Shown: positions 9,420 to 18,880 of the stretch, in pieces
Layout of the letters: every line of letters begins with the position of its first letter
Numbering within the stretch: the stretch's first letter is position 1
Assembly: GCA_965207885.1 (NCBI GenBank)
Contig: OZ242311.1
Location: 3,744,001 to 3,808,000 of the forward strand
Length of the DNA stretch: 64,000 nt
Origin: Candidatus Latescibacterota bacterium
Lineage (GTDB): Bacteria; Latescibacterota; UBA2968
Direction: 5' to 3'
Made by a program: the position numbers and the translations under genes
Notes under the pieces: model-generated
The model's database searches: none
What the model saw: only the letters and a program-made list of their open reading frames with translations
What the model was told of the DNA's origin: nothing

Positions 9420-10556
9420 CTAACGTGAATAAGGATCGGCGGCGTCGCGCAGACCGTCGCCTACAAAATTAAATGCGAGCACAGTAATAATCACAAAAAT
9501 CACAGGCGTCAAAAGCCACGGCTGAAAAGCCACAGCCTGAACATTTTGCGCCTCTTTCAACAGCACGCCCCAACTCGTCACCGGCGGACGCAGCCCAAGA
9601 CCGAGAAAACTCAGTGAAGTCTCGCCCAAAATCATACCCGGCACAGCGAGCGTCAAACTCACGATAATATGGCTCATAAACGAAGGCAGTAAATGCCGCG
9701 TCATAATCCGCCAGCGACTCGCGCCGGCAAGCAATGCAGCAGTTGCGAAATCCTCTTCGCGCAACGACAAAATTTTCCCGCGCACCTGCCGCGCCAAACC
9801 CGTCCACCCAATAAAGGACAGCACAACCGTAATGCCCATATAGATTTGCAAGGGCGACCACGATGAAGGCAGTGCCGCAGCCAGAGCCATCCACAGCGGA
9901 ATAGATGGAAAAGACCTGAGAATCTCAATCCCGCGCTGAATGAGATTGTCGATCCAACCCCCGTAGTACCCGGACACCACGCCGATCACCAGACCAAACA
10001 CAAAACTCAGTGTCACCCCCACCAGCCCTATCGTCAGCGAAATGCGCGAACCGTAAATAATCCTCGAAAGCAAATCCCGCCCGAGATGATCCGTACCCAA
10101 CAGAAAAAGCGTCCCCTCATCATCAACGCCAAAAAGATGGATATCCGTCTCAAACAAGCCCCAGAACCGATAGGGTGCGCCTCGCACAAACAACCGTACG
10201 GCATAGCGTTGCGAGCGGTCTTCGATATAGAACTTCCGAAGCGTTTCCGGATGTCGCACGCCCTTGATCCCATACACAAACGGCCAGAAATGCACGCCCT
10301 CATCCGACACAAATTGCAAACGCTGGGGCGGAGCAAACGCATAGGCAACCTGCCGATGATTGAGCGTATAAGGCGCCAAAAACTCGCAAAATACAGCCAC
10401 CACATAAAGCGCGACAATAACCATACCCGCAGCCATCGCCAGGTGGTGCTTGCGAAACTTCCACCACATCAACTGCCACTGAGACGCGGCATAAGCCTCC
10501 GTTTCCCCGGTCAGCACATCTTGCTCGACCACCTCTTCTCGTCTGGGCATAGCCAT
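9420..10556 (-). CDS. Peptide ABC transporter permease (DppC/OppC type)
   Basis: LGTDHLGRDL, EAA-like loop, LSFLGLG. Confidence 0.92.
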   Translation of the reverse strand: MAMPRREEVVEQDVLTGETEAYAASQWQLMWWKFRKHHLAMAAGMVIVALYVVAVFCEFLAPYTLNHRQVAYAFAPPQRLQFVSDEGVHFWPFVYGIKGVRHPETLRKFYIEDRSQRYAVRLFVRGAPYRFWGLFETDIHLFGVDDEGTLFLLGTDHLGRDLLSRIIYGSRISLTIGLVGVTLSFVFGLVIGVVSGYYGGWIDNLIQRGIEILRSFPSIPLWMALAAALPSSWSPLQIYMGITVVLSFIGWTGLARQVRGKILSLREEDFATAALLAGASRWRIMTRHLLPSFMSHIIVSLTLAVPGMILGETSLSFLGLGLRPPVTSWGVLLKEAQNVQAVAFQPWLLTPVIFVIITVLAFNFVGDGLRDAADPYSR

Positions 10557-11552
10557 CTAATGCTCTCCCTCTTCGTATCGAATGCGCGGATCGAGCCACA
10601 ACAACAAAATGTCTGAAATGAGCGTACCGACAAGCGTCAACAGGCTCAACATCATCACCATACTGCCCGCCAGATACATATCCTGATTCATAAGCGCGCG
10701 CAATAACAGCGGTCCCGTCGTCGGCAACCCCAACACCACCGACGTAATCGTCGCCCCAGACACAATACCCGGCAAAACCCATCCCACAGTACTGACGAGC
10801 GGATTGAGCGCCACACGCACCGGATACCGCATCAGCAACACCCAGTAGCGCACGCCTTTGGCGCGGGCAGTCATCACGTATTGTTTCCGCAATTCATCCA
10901 GCAAATTGCCCCGCATCACCCGTATCAATCCCGCCGTACCCGACGTGCCAATCACAATCACAGGGATCCACAAATGCCAGAGCAAATCGAGAAATTTGCC
11001 AAAGGACCACGCCGCACTCTGATACTCCGGTGAAAACAGACCGCCTGCACTCACCCCAAACACGGAATACCCGATGTACATAAAAATGAGCGCGAGCAAA
11101 AAATTGGGCGTTGCAAGCCCGATAAAGCCCAAAAACGTAAAACAATAATCCGGCAGTGAATACTGCTTCACAGCCGAATAAATCCCAACCGGAATCGCCA
11201 GTGCCCACGTCACCAGTAGCGTCACAATCGAAATAATAGACGTCAGCAAAATGCGTTCGCCAATCAGCTCTGTCACGGGGCGATTCCACTCAAACGACAT
11301 CCCCAAATCACCCTGCACCATGCCGGCCAGCCACCGCCAGTATTGCACCATAAAGGGCTGATCGAGATTGTACCGCGCCCGCAGTGCCGCAGCCTGCGCC
11401 TCATCCACCGTCTCCCCCGTCTCACCCAGCGCAGCAATATACGACGTGAGATAATCCCCCGGTGGAAGCTGGATAATTGAAAACGAAATAAATGAGATGA
11501 TTACCATCGTGGGAATCATCCAGAGTAAGCGTTTGACGATGAGGACGAGCAT
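10557..11552 (-). CDS. Peptide ABC transporter permease (DppB/OppB type)
   Basis: PPGD, GDLGMS and YVMTARAKG motifs. Confidence 0.92.
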   Translation of the reverse strand: MLVLIVKRLLWMIPTMVIISFISFSIIQLPPGDYLTSYIAALGETGETVDEAQAAALRARYNLDQPFMVQYWRWLAGMVQGDLGMSFEWNRPVTELIGERILLTSIISIVTLLVTWALAIPVGIYSAVKQYSLPDYCFTFLGFIGLATPNFLLALIFMYIGYSVFGVSAGGLFSPEYQSAAWSFGKFLDLLWHLWIPVIVIGTSGTAGLIRVMRGNLLDELRKQYVMTARAKGVRYWVLLMRYPVRVALNPLVSTVGWVLPGIVSGATITSVVLGLPTTGPLLLRALMNQDMYLAGSMVMMLSLLTLVGTLISDILLLWLDPRIRYEEGEH

Positions 11553-11585
11553 ATAAAAATTTCCTGGGAGGTGAAAAAAACTATC

Positions 11586-11612
11586 CGCAGATGACGCAGA
11601 TGACGCAGATGA
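11586..11612. repeat. Tandem repeat (CGCAGATGA)x3
   Basis: Read directly; lies at the downstream edge of the inserted gene pair. Confidence 0.85.
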
Positions 11613-11635
11613 GTGGAGATAAAAATATTTTAAGT

Positions 11636-12214
11636 TCAGCCATTATGTTCCTCAGACCCTTCTTTGGTCCGTTGCAATAATTCAGACAAATTTAGAGCGT
11701 TTGCCCAGTGCTTCAGGTAATCCCAATCTAACCTGTCCCCCTGTACTTTTAAGATACCCGATACATCCCGTAATTGCCGATCTGAAACTTCGCCACCTTT
11801 TCGAAACCAGATCAATTTTTGCAGTACAATATCCTCTGGCGTTGCCACGATCAATTGCGTGTCAGCAATGGTCTGCGGCCTTCGACGACGCATTTCTTCG
11901 CGGTCAATCGCATCAGAACCAGGTACAAAAATATCTACCTTAATCATTGTTTCGAGATGGATAACATTGAAGGAACTGTGCTGAGAGACAGCGCGAATAA
12001 CGTCTTCTTCTTCGATGTAAAATGCGTTTTGGGTATTTGCAATAAGAGCTTGAATATGGTGTTTCTTCAGTTCTGCAACCATGTCGATATCCTGTGTGGC
12101 GCGAGGCTCTCCGTAGATTGAACTGGCAATTGATCCTCCCACCAGATATGGAATATCCAGATTTTCAAAAATTTCAGCCATTTGCAGGGCGACGCAAAGG
12201 GGTTCAGAAATCAC
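11636..12214 (-). CDS. Pol-beta superfamily nucleotidyltransferase (DUF6036-like), putative TA toxin
   Basis: YLVGGSIAS...PRATQDIDMV (GGS + DxD), ATPEDIVLQKL, RDV, LDWDYL. Confidence 0.75.
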   Translation of the reverse strand: MISEPLCVALQMAEIFENLDIPYLVGGSIASSIYGEPRATQDIDMVAELKKHHIQALIANTQNAFYIEEEDVIRAVSQHSSFNVIHLETMIKVDIFVPGSDAIDREEMRRRRPQTIADTQLIVATPEDIVLQKLIWFRKGGEVSDRQLRDVSGILKVQGDRLDWDYLKHWANALNLSELLQRTKEGSEEHNG

Positions 12215-12215
12215 G

Positions 12216-12482
12216 TCAATAGCCCTCTTTGTATGGGTCCCATCCGAATGCTTTAATCATGGTCTGTCGGGGAAGCCGCAATGCGCCGAGACGAAGGCGA
12301 ATTTCTCGCTTATCTGCCTCGGGATACCTGCTGCGAATGCCCGCAACTGCAAGGTCTGTACACGCCTGAGAGAGTTGGGATATCTTCTCGGCTTTTTCGT
12401 GTGGTGTCATTCTCCGATACGCTTCAATGAGCAGGCGTTCTACCCTGAGATTCGTGTCCCGCGATTGTGTTTTATAAGCCAT
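12216..12482 (-). CDS. Small helical protein (88 aa), putative cognate antitoxin
   Basis: DT...YRRMTPHEK...AGIRSRYPEA; stops 1 bp before the NTase start; GGAG RBS. Confidence 0.65.
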   Translation of the reverse strand: MAYKTQSRDTNLRVERLLIEAYRRMTPHEKAEKISQLSQACTDLAVAGIRSRYPEADKREIRLRLGALRLPRQTMIKAFGWDPYKEGY

Positions 12483-12520
12483 ACGACTCTCCAATTTGAA
12501 CAATTACCTGTTCGTCTATG

Positions 12521-12590
12521 AACTGGCCTGTGGATGGTGTACAACGAGCCGCTTTTCAGGCTTGTTCACCGGCCAGTTGTACACCGCTCC
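12521..12590. repeat. Imperfect palindromic element
   Basis: GGTGTACAAC(12536)/GTTGTACACC(12576) and AACTGGCC(12521)/GGCCAGTT(12571) inverted pairs. Confidence 0.65.
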
Positions 12591-12592
12591 GT

Positions 12593-14689
12593 CTATTCCT
12601 CCATCGCATAACACTCAACCGCCGTATTACCGGGCGTGCGAAATGCCCAGCCGGACATCGCGACCTCGGGCACATTGCGAAATGAATTTTTGACCAGATA
12701 AAACGAGGGCAATGCCCCCACCGTGCCGATAACCCACAGGTTCTTTCGATTCAAATCGATAATTTCTCCCATAAGCCTGACCTGTTCATCTTCGTCAATC
12801 GTCTTCTCAATCTCCCAAAACAGCTCAATACACCGCCGCATATCCCTGGGGGGTTCTTCGCCTCGTTTTTTCTCCGTGCGATACCAGCGCGCATAATCCA
12901 CCGCGTGTACAGACTCATCGCTAAATGGAACGAGCCAGCGCGGATCCAGAACAGCGATCTGCTCATCTGACCCGCCCCACACGCCAACATCGTGCAACAA
13001 ACCCTTTTTGCGCTCGTAAAACAACTGCCGCGCTTCTTCCTTGACTTCTGAATGCACCCCCACCGCAGTCCAATAACTCGCCACCAGTTCCAGAATGCGA
13101 TTGTTCAGAGACGTCGTCTCAATATAGAGCTTAATAGGTGCCCCATCTGCCCGCAATCGCATGCCATTTCTCCCGCGCTTCAAACCCATCTCGTTGAGCA
13201 ATGCATTTGCGCGGTCCGGATCGTATTCGATATATGCACGCTCGTAATCCGCATCGTAAAACGGTGACGATGGCGGCGGACAAACCTGCCGTGGCTTCCC
13301 AATTCCAAAATAATCTGCCTCGTTTAATTCATCGCGATTCAGCGCAAGTGACAGGGCTTTTCTAAAGCGGTGATCCCCGATAATTCTCTTCATCTCCGGA
13401 TCGCGGTGATTCAAATTCAACGCCAGGATATTTGACCCCGCCGATCCATTGATCCAATGCACAACCCGATAATCGCCCTTCTTTCTCCCCTCCATAAACA
13501 GCGGATAATTCTGGAACTGCAGGTGCCGCCCCTGCATGCCTATTTCCCCGTTGATCGCCTTGAGATTAATCGTTTCGGGATCAAAAATCTCAAAGGTCAT
13601 GCGGTCGATGTACGGCAATTGATTCCCAGCGGAATCGACCTTCCAATAATAGGGATTGCGCTCCAGAACTGCCGGGCGCGCAGGCGGTGGCGCAACCACA
13701 ATCCATGGCCACAAACGCGGGATATCCGGATTGCGCCAATCGCGCATATCTTCAAAAAGCTGCTTCCACAAATCAAATCCCGCAGCCTCACTCATCGCCT
13801 CGAGCTTTTCTAAAGACGTGTACTTCGGATGAAATTGCTTCATATAATGGGCGGGATAGCGCAACATCTCATAACCGCGCCCCGACGCCAACTTCACAAC
13901 AAACAACCCATTGGGTTCCAAAAATGTGAACCGCACCGTATAATCATCGACCTTCTCCAACCCCATCACCCGTCCACCCCGTTTAAAATCGCGCGGAACA
14001 ACAGGCGTTATCTCCTCATTTTGCAACACATCCTCATACCAGAAAATCAAATCATCAACCGTAAACGGATGTCCGTCCGACCACCTGACCCCTTTTCGCA
14101 AAAAAAATATAAAACTGCGCCCCCCATCGGCAATCTCCCACCGCACTGCCAGATTGGGGATCACCTCCTGCGCCATCGCATCCCACCGCACCAACCCTTC
14201 ATACGCAAACCGGGCTTCGACAATACCCACATCGCGGGGACCAGTGGCAAACCGCGTCCACGTCCCCCCATAAGGCCCATGCTGTTGCGGCGGTACAATA
14301 ACAAGAGGATCTTCCGGCAGGCGTTCCGATACCGGCGGCAGGATCCCTTCTCGCACCCGCTGGGCGAGCATAGGCGCTTCACCCAATCGTCCACCCGACC
14401 ATTCTACCACCCGATGCACCGCCCCCGTTGCCTCGGGATGGCGATTGGGAATCTCAACATCCGCCATCACTGCTTCAAGGTCCCGCGCCCCATCTGCCTG
14501 CACCACAGGCACAACACCATCCTCGGGCGCACGCACCAGACTGCCCATCACAGCCTCAAATTCCGATGCCCGTTGTATAGCATCCGGATCGCGTGGCGAA
14601 AGGTAAAACGCGACATATCCCATCCCCTGCACCAGAAGCACAAAACTGGCAAAAACACCGATAAGCGCGATCCACACTTTAATTCCCAT
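12593..14689 (-). CDS. ABC transporter substrate-binding protein, family 5
   Basis: GEAPML...LPPVSERLPEDP, LRKGVRWSDGHPFT, RNPYYWKVDSAGNQLPYID. Confidence 0.92.
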   Translation of the reverse strand: MGIKVWIALIGVFASFVLLVQGMGYVAFYLSPRDPDAIQRASEFEAVMGSLVRAPEDGVVPVVQADGARDLEAVMADVEIPNRHPEATGAVHRVVEWSGGRLGEAPMLAQRVREGILPPVSERLPEDPLVIVPPQQHGPYGGTWTRFATGPRDVGIVEARFAYEGLVRWDAMAQEVIPNLAVRWEIADGGRSFIFFLRKGVRWSDGHPFTVDDLIFWYEDVLQNEEITPVVPRDFKRGGRVMGLEKVDDYTVRFTFLEPNGLFVVKLASGRGYEMLRYPAHYMKQFHPKYTSLEKLEAMSEAAGFDLWKQLFEDMRDWRNPDIPRLWPWIVVAPPPARPAVLERNPYYWKVDSAGNQLPYIDRMTFEIFDPETINLKAINGEIGMQGRHLQFQNYPLFMEGRKKGDYRVVHWINGSAGSNILALNLNHRDPEMKRIIGDHRFRKALSLALNRDELNEADYFGIGKPRQVCPPPSSPFYDADYERAYIEYDPDRANALLNEMGLKRGRNGMRLRADGAPIKLYIETTSLNNRILELVASYWTAVGVHSEVKEEARQLFYERKKGLLHDVGVWGGSDEQIAVLDPRWLVPFSDESVHAVDYARWYRTEKKRGEEPPRDMRRCIELFWEIEKTIDEDEQVRLMGEIIDLNRKNLWVIGTVGALPSFYLVKNSFRNVPEVAMSGWAFRTPGNTAVECYAMEE

Positions 14690-14701
14690 ACGGATAATAC
14701 C

Positions 14702-15439
14702 TCATCTACTATATGCCCCACTGACAAACTTTTCAATCTCACCTCGCCCCCGCGCAATAGCTTCATCGACGAAACGCGCTTTTATACTCTCATCAAAAAA
14801 CGCATCTGCCCGTCTCCTGTTCTCAGCAAGATGCTTTTCCATATCATCAGACAGGGGGCGCCCTATCATCTTGAGAAATATCTGCTCGAGAACAACGGGG
14901 TCTGCATTCTCTGCCCACCCCCGCGCGCGTCTCACAAATCGGGATACTGTTGCGCGATCAATAAACCCCACCTCTCCACGCCCTTCAAACCGATCCAGCA
15001 CCTCCGCGACACCTGGATAATTAATGGGCAATTCATCTACATAAGACCACAACCCGTAAATAATGGGCCGCCAGTCTTCAATACCGTGTACATAAATCGT
15101 CACCTCATCGCGAAACGCTTCATCCGTCGTCAGATGCGCGATATACCCCATCAACAAAACGCGATCTCGCGGATCCATATTCTGATAATCCGCCAGATCG
15201 GGATGCGCCTCAAACATACCCGAAACGGATTTGCCCCACGTCTCGCGCTGCTCCTCCGTGTAAAAATGTGATCCGTACTTGCCCATCTTTCCGAGCAAAC
15301 GCATCGCATCTGGCGCCATAGAACCCGCCACAAGCTCCGGCAAATACTGCCGATTTAGAGCACCTACCTCAGGCAAATCGCGCTCGAGCTGTACCTGCAA
15401 CTCGAGCACCAGCGCAAAATGACACCGCCCACGAGGCAT
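14702..15439 (-). CDS. Zinc-dependent phospholipase C family protein
   Basis: MP...H N-terminus, GSMAPD, SHF and GYIAHLTTD motifs. Confidence 0.7.
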   Translation of the reverse strand: MPRGRCHFALVLELQVQLERDLPEVGALNRQYLPELVAGSMAPDAMRLLGKMGKYGSHFYTEEQRETWGKSVSGMFEAHPDLADYQNMDPRDRVLLMGYIAHLTTDEAFRDEVTIYVHGIEDWRPIIYGLWSYVDELPINYPGVAEVLDRFEGRGEVGFIDRATVSRFVRRARGWAENADPVVLEQIFLKMIGRPLSDDMEKHLAENRRRADAFFDESIKARFVDEAIARGRGEIEKFVSGAYSR

Positions 15440-15452
15440 CCGTCTTCCTTTC

Positions 15453-15659
15453 TTAATCAGAATCCAATTGCAATTCTGTTCGTATTTCAGAGTATGCCCG
15501 AAAACCCGTCGCCGTTTCAACCGCCCGATCCAGATCTAAAGCGTCTTCCAAATCCTCAAGCCGTTGCATCAAAGCGCGATAATCTTTGATTGATAGCAGG
15601 ACTGCGGTCTTCCGCCCCTTTTCATCCACGACATATTTTGGTTTGATATTGAGCATCAT
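15453..15659 (-). CDS. Small antitoxin-like protein (Phd/RelB-like)
   Basis: YVVDEKGRKTAVLL..DY..L...LEDLED; ATGA overlap with the PIN gene. Confidence 0.7.
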   Translation of the reverse strand: MMLNIKPKYVVDEKGRKTAVLLSIKDYRALMQRLEDLEDALDLDRAVETATGFRAYSEIRTELQLDSD

Positions 15660-16078
15660 TGTTCAACCGTTTTGAGCACAGTTATCCCCATCATCGCAAA
15701 ATGATCGTCAAAAGCATAGGTCTCAGAAATTTTATGCTTCTGACAAACCGCGAAACTGGTGCAATCTGTAAATGATAACTTTGCAGAATCGTATTGCCGA
15801 AAAAGCCGCTTGGCTTCTTGAAACAGGGTCTTATCGATTTCTGTGACGGTTAAACCATCTATTTTTTCTGCGCGTTCAATAAAGTCGAGAAACTGCACCG
15901 CTACTGAGTGGCTCACGTCATATCGAAGTCGGGTTATAGTTTCATCAAGCACATAATCCGTCGTTAAAAATCGCGCTCTTTGCCGTTTTAAGTCTGCGTA
16001 AATCGTTACAGCGTCGGTGTGATTCTGATCTCTTTGACTGGAAAGGGCAATCCAGGCACCGCTATCGACAAAAATCAT
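15656..16078 (-). CDS. vapC: PIN-domain VapC family toxin
   Basis: IFVDSGAW, DYVLDE, SFTDCTSF and FDDHF conserved acidic PIN residues. Confidence 0.9.
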   Translation of the reverse strand: MIFVDSGAWIALSSQRDQNHTDAVTIYADLKRQRARFLTTDYVLDETITRLRYDVSHSVAVQFLDFIERAEKIDGLTVTEIDKTLFQEAKRLFRQYDSAKLSFTDCTSFAVCQKHKISETYAFDDHFAMMGITVLKTVEQ

Positions 16079-17862
16079 GGTTTTGACCGCAATTCATAGA
16101 TGATTTCATCGTGATTGGCAGACCCATCAGTTCGGTCAGATTTTGCAAATCCAACCATCTCATCGAGAATCGCGTATCCTTCTTCTATTTTATTTTTTTC
16201 TATGATTTCAGGATTAATTGGGCTACTTCGCACAAGAAAGATAAAGTAATCCAGAACATCTAATGCCTGCCAGATAATCCCGGTAAACACATCGCGCAAA
16301 TGCTGACTTTCAACACCGAAGTCCTTAGCAATTTTTCGATAGTTGCGACCTTTGCGATGTGCGGCACTACTGGAACGCAAACTCTGGAGTTTCCGCAAAA
16401 AGGCGATGCGCTCGGCAGCATCTTCAACATCATGGGCACTAAGCACAGCTTCCAGACGTGCAATGCTACCTTTAAGTTTTGCTTTTTGATCTTTAGAAAT
16501 GAGCGTTTTTAGGCGCCTCTCGTTTAGGGAATCAATGAGTATCTTTGTGAGACTCAAAACCAACGCATCAAAATCGCTTTGCTCATCAGTGGCTGGAATC
16601 CTCAAGCCTTGGAAATGGTATTCGTCACCAGTGCCCAGCGGCAACAACAACTGCCAACCCAGATATTCTTGACAGGCATCTTGCAACTCATGATAACGTT
16701 TCTTAAACAAGTGCTCTGGCCGGTCTGATTCCGTAGCCTCTCCTTTGATTCCACAATTAAAAAAAGCCTCGCTCACACCGCCTTTGGGAGGGATATTGTG
16801 TGCCCGCCAATGTAGTTGCTCTTTGTAAGGCAATCTTTCTCCAAGATGTCCTAAAAACGCACAAACTTTGTCATCATGGTCTTTGTCAATCCACATGTGC
16901 CATAAGCTACCACAGCGCAGACTCCAAGCATCTACTTCGTACTTACTGGGCTGTTGGTAGTATTTGTCTAAAACCTGTTTGTCAAAATGCACAGGGGTTA
17001 GAAAATGAGGCGCATTAGGATTTGCACCAAAATAATTTGCCAGAACATCCGGGTCAGATGTATGGATAATTTCATCTCCGTTCTCATCAACATCAATGAT
17101 AAATTCCACATGCTTTTTTTGGGGTTCCTCGGCAAATCCCCATAACCCACTCTTGGATTTCGGTAGGGGATTAATAAGCCGCTTTCCATCTAATCTGCTA
17201 AAAGATTTATATCTACCTAAACTCCTATCACCATAGCCATGGCACCAACGCATAAAACTATTCTGTTGATGTGCTTCTCCCCTTTCAAGTCCAAGTTCTT
17301 GTAGATCATATTCCGAGTTTTCTATGCAATCAAATTGAATTGATAAATACATCTCTTTAATTGCCAAGAACTGACGAATCTCCCTGAGCCTTATCTTGAC
17401 GCAGTCTGGCTCCACAACCGCCACAGTGTATTCATTCCCGTCATCATCAATCTTGATGTATTTATCCGTCTTTCCGTCGTGATATAGATTGTGAAAAAGG
17501 CGAAACTCCTCAGATATTTCCATATAGGCATCATATAAACCAGAGAATTCGCGCCCCAAAACCAAAGGTTCCACTCTATTTGTTGTATCTCCATACCGGA
17601 GATATTCGACTCTCTCTTCTCCGCCTTCATAAGACACAGATGCATCAGGCATACCACCACCCCAACGGAGGTCCCAACTCGGAGAAGAAAATACTTGATC
17701 AATCCCATCCAATGGAATTAAAGCACAATAAATGCCGTAATTGTGGGACTCTCGGTGATCAGATAGATACACGGTGACCATCTCAGTCATTTTTAGATCG
17801 CGTTGCAACCATTCCAGCATCCTGGTTTGCGATAGCCGTTCTCGGTCTAAATCAATGCTCAT
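16075..17862 (-). CDS. Hypothetical ~595-aa protein with a HEPN-like motif and an antitoxin-like C-terminal tail
   Basis: Long, lower-GC ORF; AGGAGG RBS before MSID; LRSSSAAH motif; tail MVGFAKSDRTDGSANHDEIIY; ATGA overlap with vapC. Confidence 0.75.
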   Translation of the reverse strand: MSIDLDRERLSQTRMLEWLQRDLKMTEMVTVYLSDHRESHNYGIYCALIPLDGIDQVFSSPSWDLRWGGGMPDASVSYEGGEERVEYLRYGDTTNRVEPLVLGREFSGLYDAYMEISEEFRLFHNLYHDGKTDKYIKIDDDGNEYTVAVVEPDCVKIRLREIRQFLAIKEMYLSIQFDCIENSEYDLQELGLERGEAHQQNSFMRWCHGYGDRSLGRYKSFSRLDGKRLINPLPKSKSGLWGFAEEPQKKHVEFIIDVDENGDEIIHTSDPDVLANYFGANPNAPHFLTPVHFDKQVLDKYYQQPSKYEVDAWSLRCGSLWHMWIDKDHDDKVCAFLGHLGERLPYKEQLHWRAHNIPPKGGVSEAFFNCGIKGEATESDRPEHLFKKRYHELQDACQEYLGWQLLLPLGTGDEYHFQGLRIPATDEQSDFDALVLSLTKILIDSLNERRLKTLISKDQKAKLKGSIARLEAVLSAHDVEDAAERIAFLRKLQSLRSSSAAHRKGRNYRKIAKDFGVESQHLRDVFTGIIWQALDVLDYFIFLVRSSPINPEIIEKNKIEEGYAILDEMVGFAKSDRTDGSANHDEIIYELRSKP

Positions 17863-17901
17863 CACCATCCTCCTTCTGCTATTTTGATTCCTGATCAAAC
17901 A

Positions 17902-17931
17902 AATGTATAGCACAAAAACCACGTTTGTCAA
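17902..17931 (-). promoter_or_regulatory. Putative sigma70 promoter for the three-gene cassette
   Basis: Minus-strand TTGACA followed 16-18 bp later by TATACA/TACATT. Confidence 0.5.
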
Positions 17932-17932
17932 C

Positions 17933-18796
17933 TTAATCCCCTGATCTAATTCTCTCTCTCACCTCATAAGCCCCTGCATCATCTCGTCTCAATCGTCCCC
18001 AGGCAACATCCGGATCGTGCGGCCACACCATAATCCAGTTCTCGGAAACTGCCCTCTCCATAAACTCTTGCTTAACCAGATAGGTCTGCCGCGGATACAG
18101 ATCATACGCCATCACATAAATCGGCTTCAGGTGATGCGTCGTGGGAATCAAATCCCCCACAAAACAGAACGTATCCTCGCCCGTATGCACCAGCACAGAT
18201 TGATGCCTGCGTGTATGCCCTGGCGTAACTATGACCTCGACAAAAGAACAAATACGCTCATCCCCATCCAGCAGCGTGAGCACAGGTGACAACGGCCTCA
18301 TCACCTCGTCGTATCGGTACCCATTCACCGTCTGTCTATCGGCATTCTCAGCATCGTCCCATTCCCCCTTTTGCACATAATAAGTCGCATTTGGAAAAGC
18401 GGGCACATATTCACCACCCTTTTGCACCGTACATCCCCCGGCATGATCCTGGTGCAAATGCGACAAGACAACCCGCGTAATCTCCTCGGGCGCAATCCGC
18501 AACGCCTCCAGAGACGCCAAAAGCCCATCCGACTCATCAAGCGCGTAAATCTCTCGCAGCTTCTCCGTCACCTTGCCTCCAAACCCCGTCTCAATCAGCA
18601 CAACCTCCCCCTGCCCTCTCACAAGCAAACAATTCATCGTCAACCCAATGCGATTGCGCTCATCGGGCGGATAACACTTCTCCCACAGCGGACGGGGTAC
18701 AACCCCAAACATCGCGCCGCCATCCATCCTCACACACCCGGCAGATAAAATCCACACATCGCAACCACCACTTTGCTTATAATCTACAATCGCCAT
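17933..18796 (-). CDS. MBL-fold metallo-hydrolase (YtnP-like)
   Basis: MDGGAMFGVVPRPLW, SHLHQDHAGG, PGHT, GDL and HD motifs. Confidence 0.92.
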   Translation of the reverse strand: MAIVDYKQSGGCDVWILSAGCVRMDGGAMFGVVPRPLWEKCYPPDERNRIGLTMNCLLVRGQGEVVLIETGFGGKVTEKLREIYALDESDGLLASLEALRIAPEEITRVVLSHLHQDHAGGCTVQKGGEYVPAFPNATYYVQKGEWDDAENADRQTVNGYRYDEVMRPLSPVLTLLDGDERICSFVEVIVTPGHTRRHQSVLVHTGEDTFCFVGDLIPTTHHLKPIYVMAYDLYPRQTYLVKQEFMERAVSENWIMVWPHDPDVAWGRLRRDDAGAYEVRERIRSGD

Positions 18797-18880
18797 TTTT
18801 TACCTCCAACTTTGCACTTCGCACTTAACCCTATATATCTTATCTTATCTCTATACAAAACCAAAAAAACGGGAGGAAAC

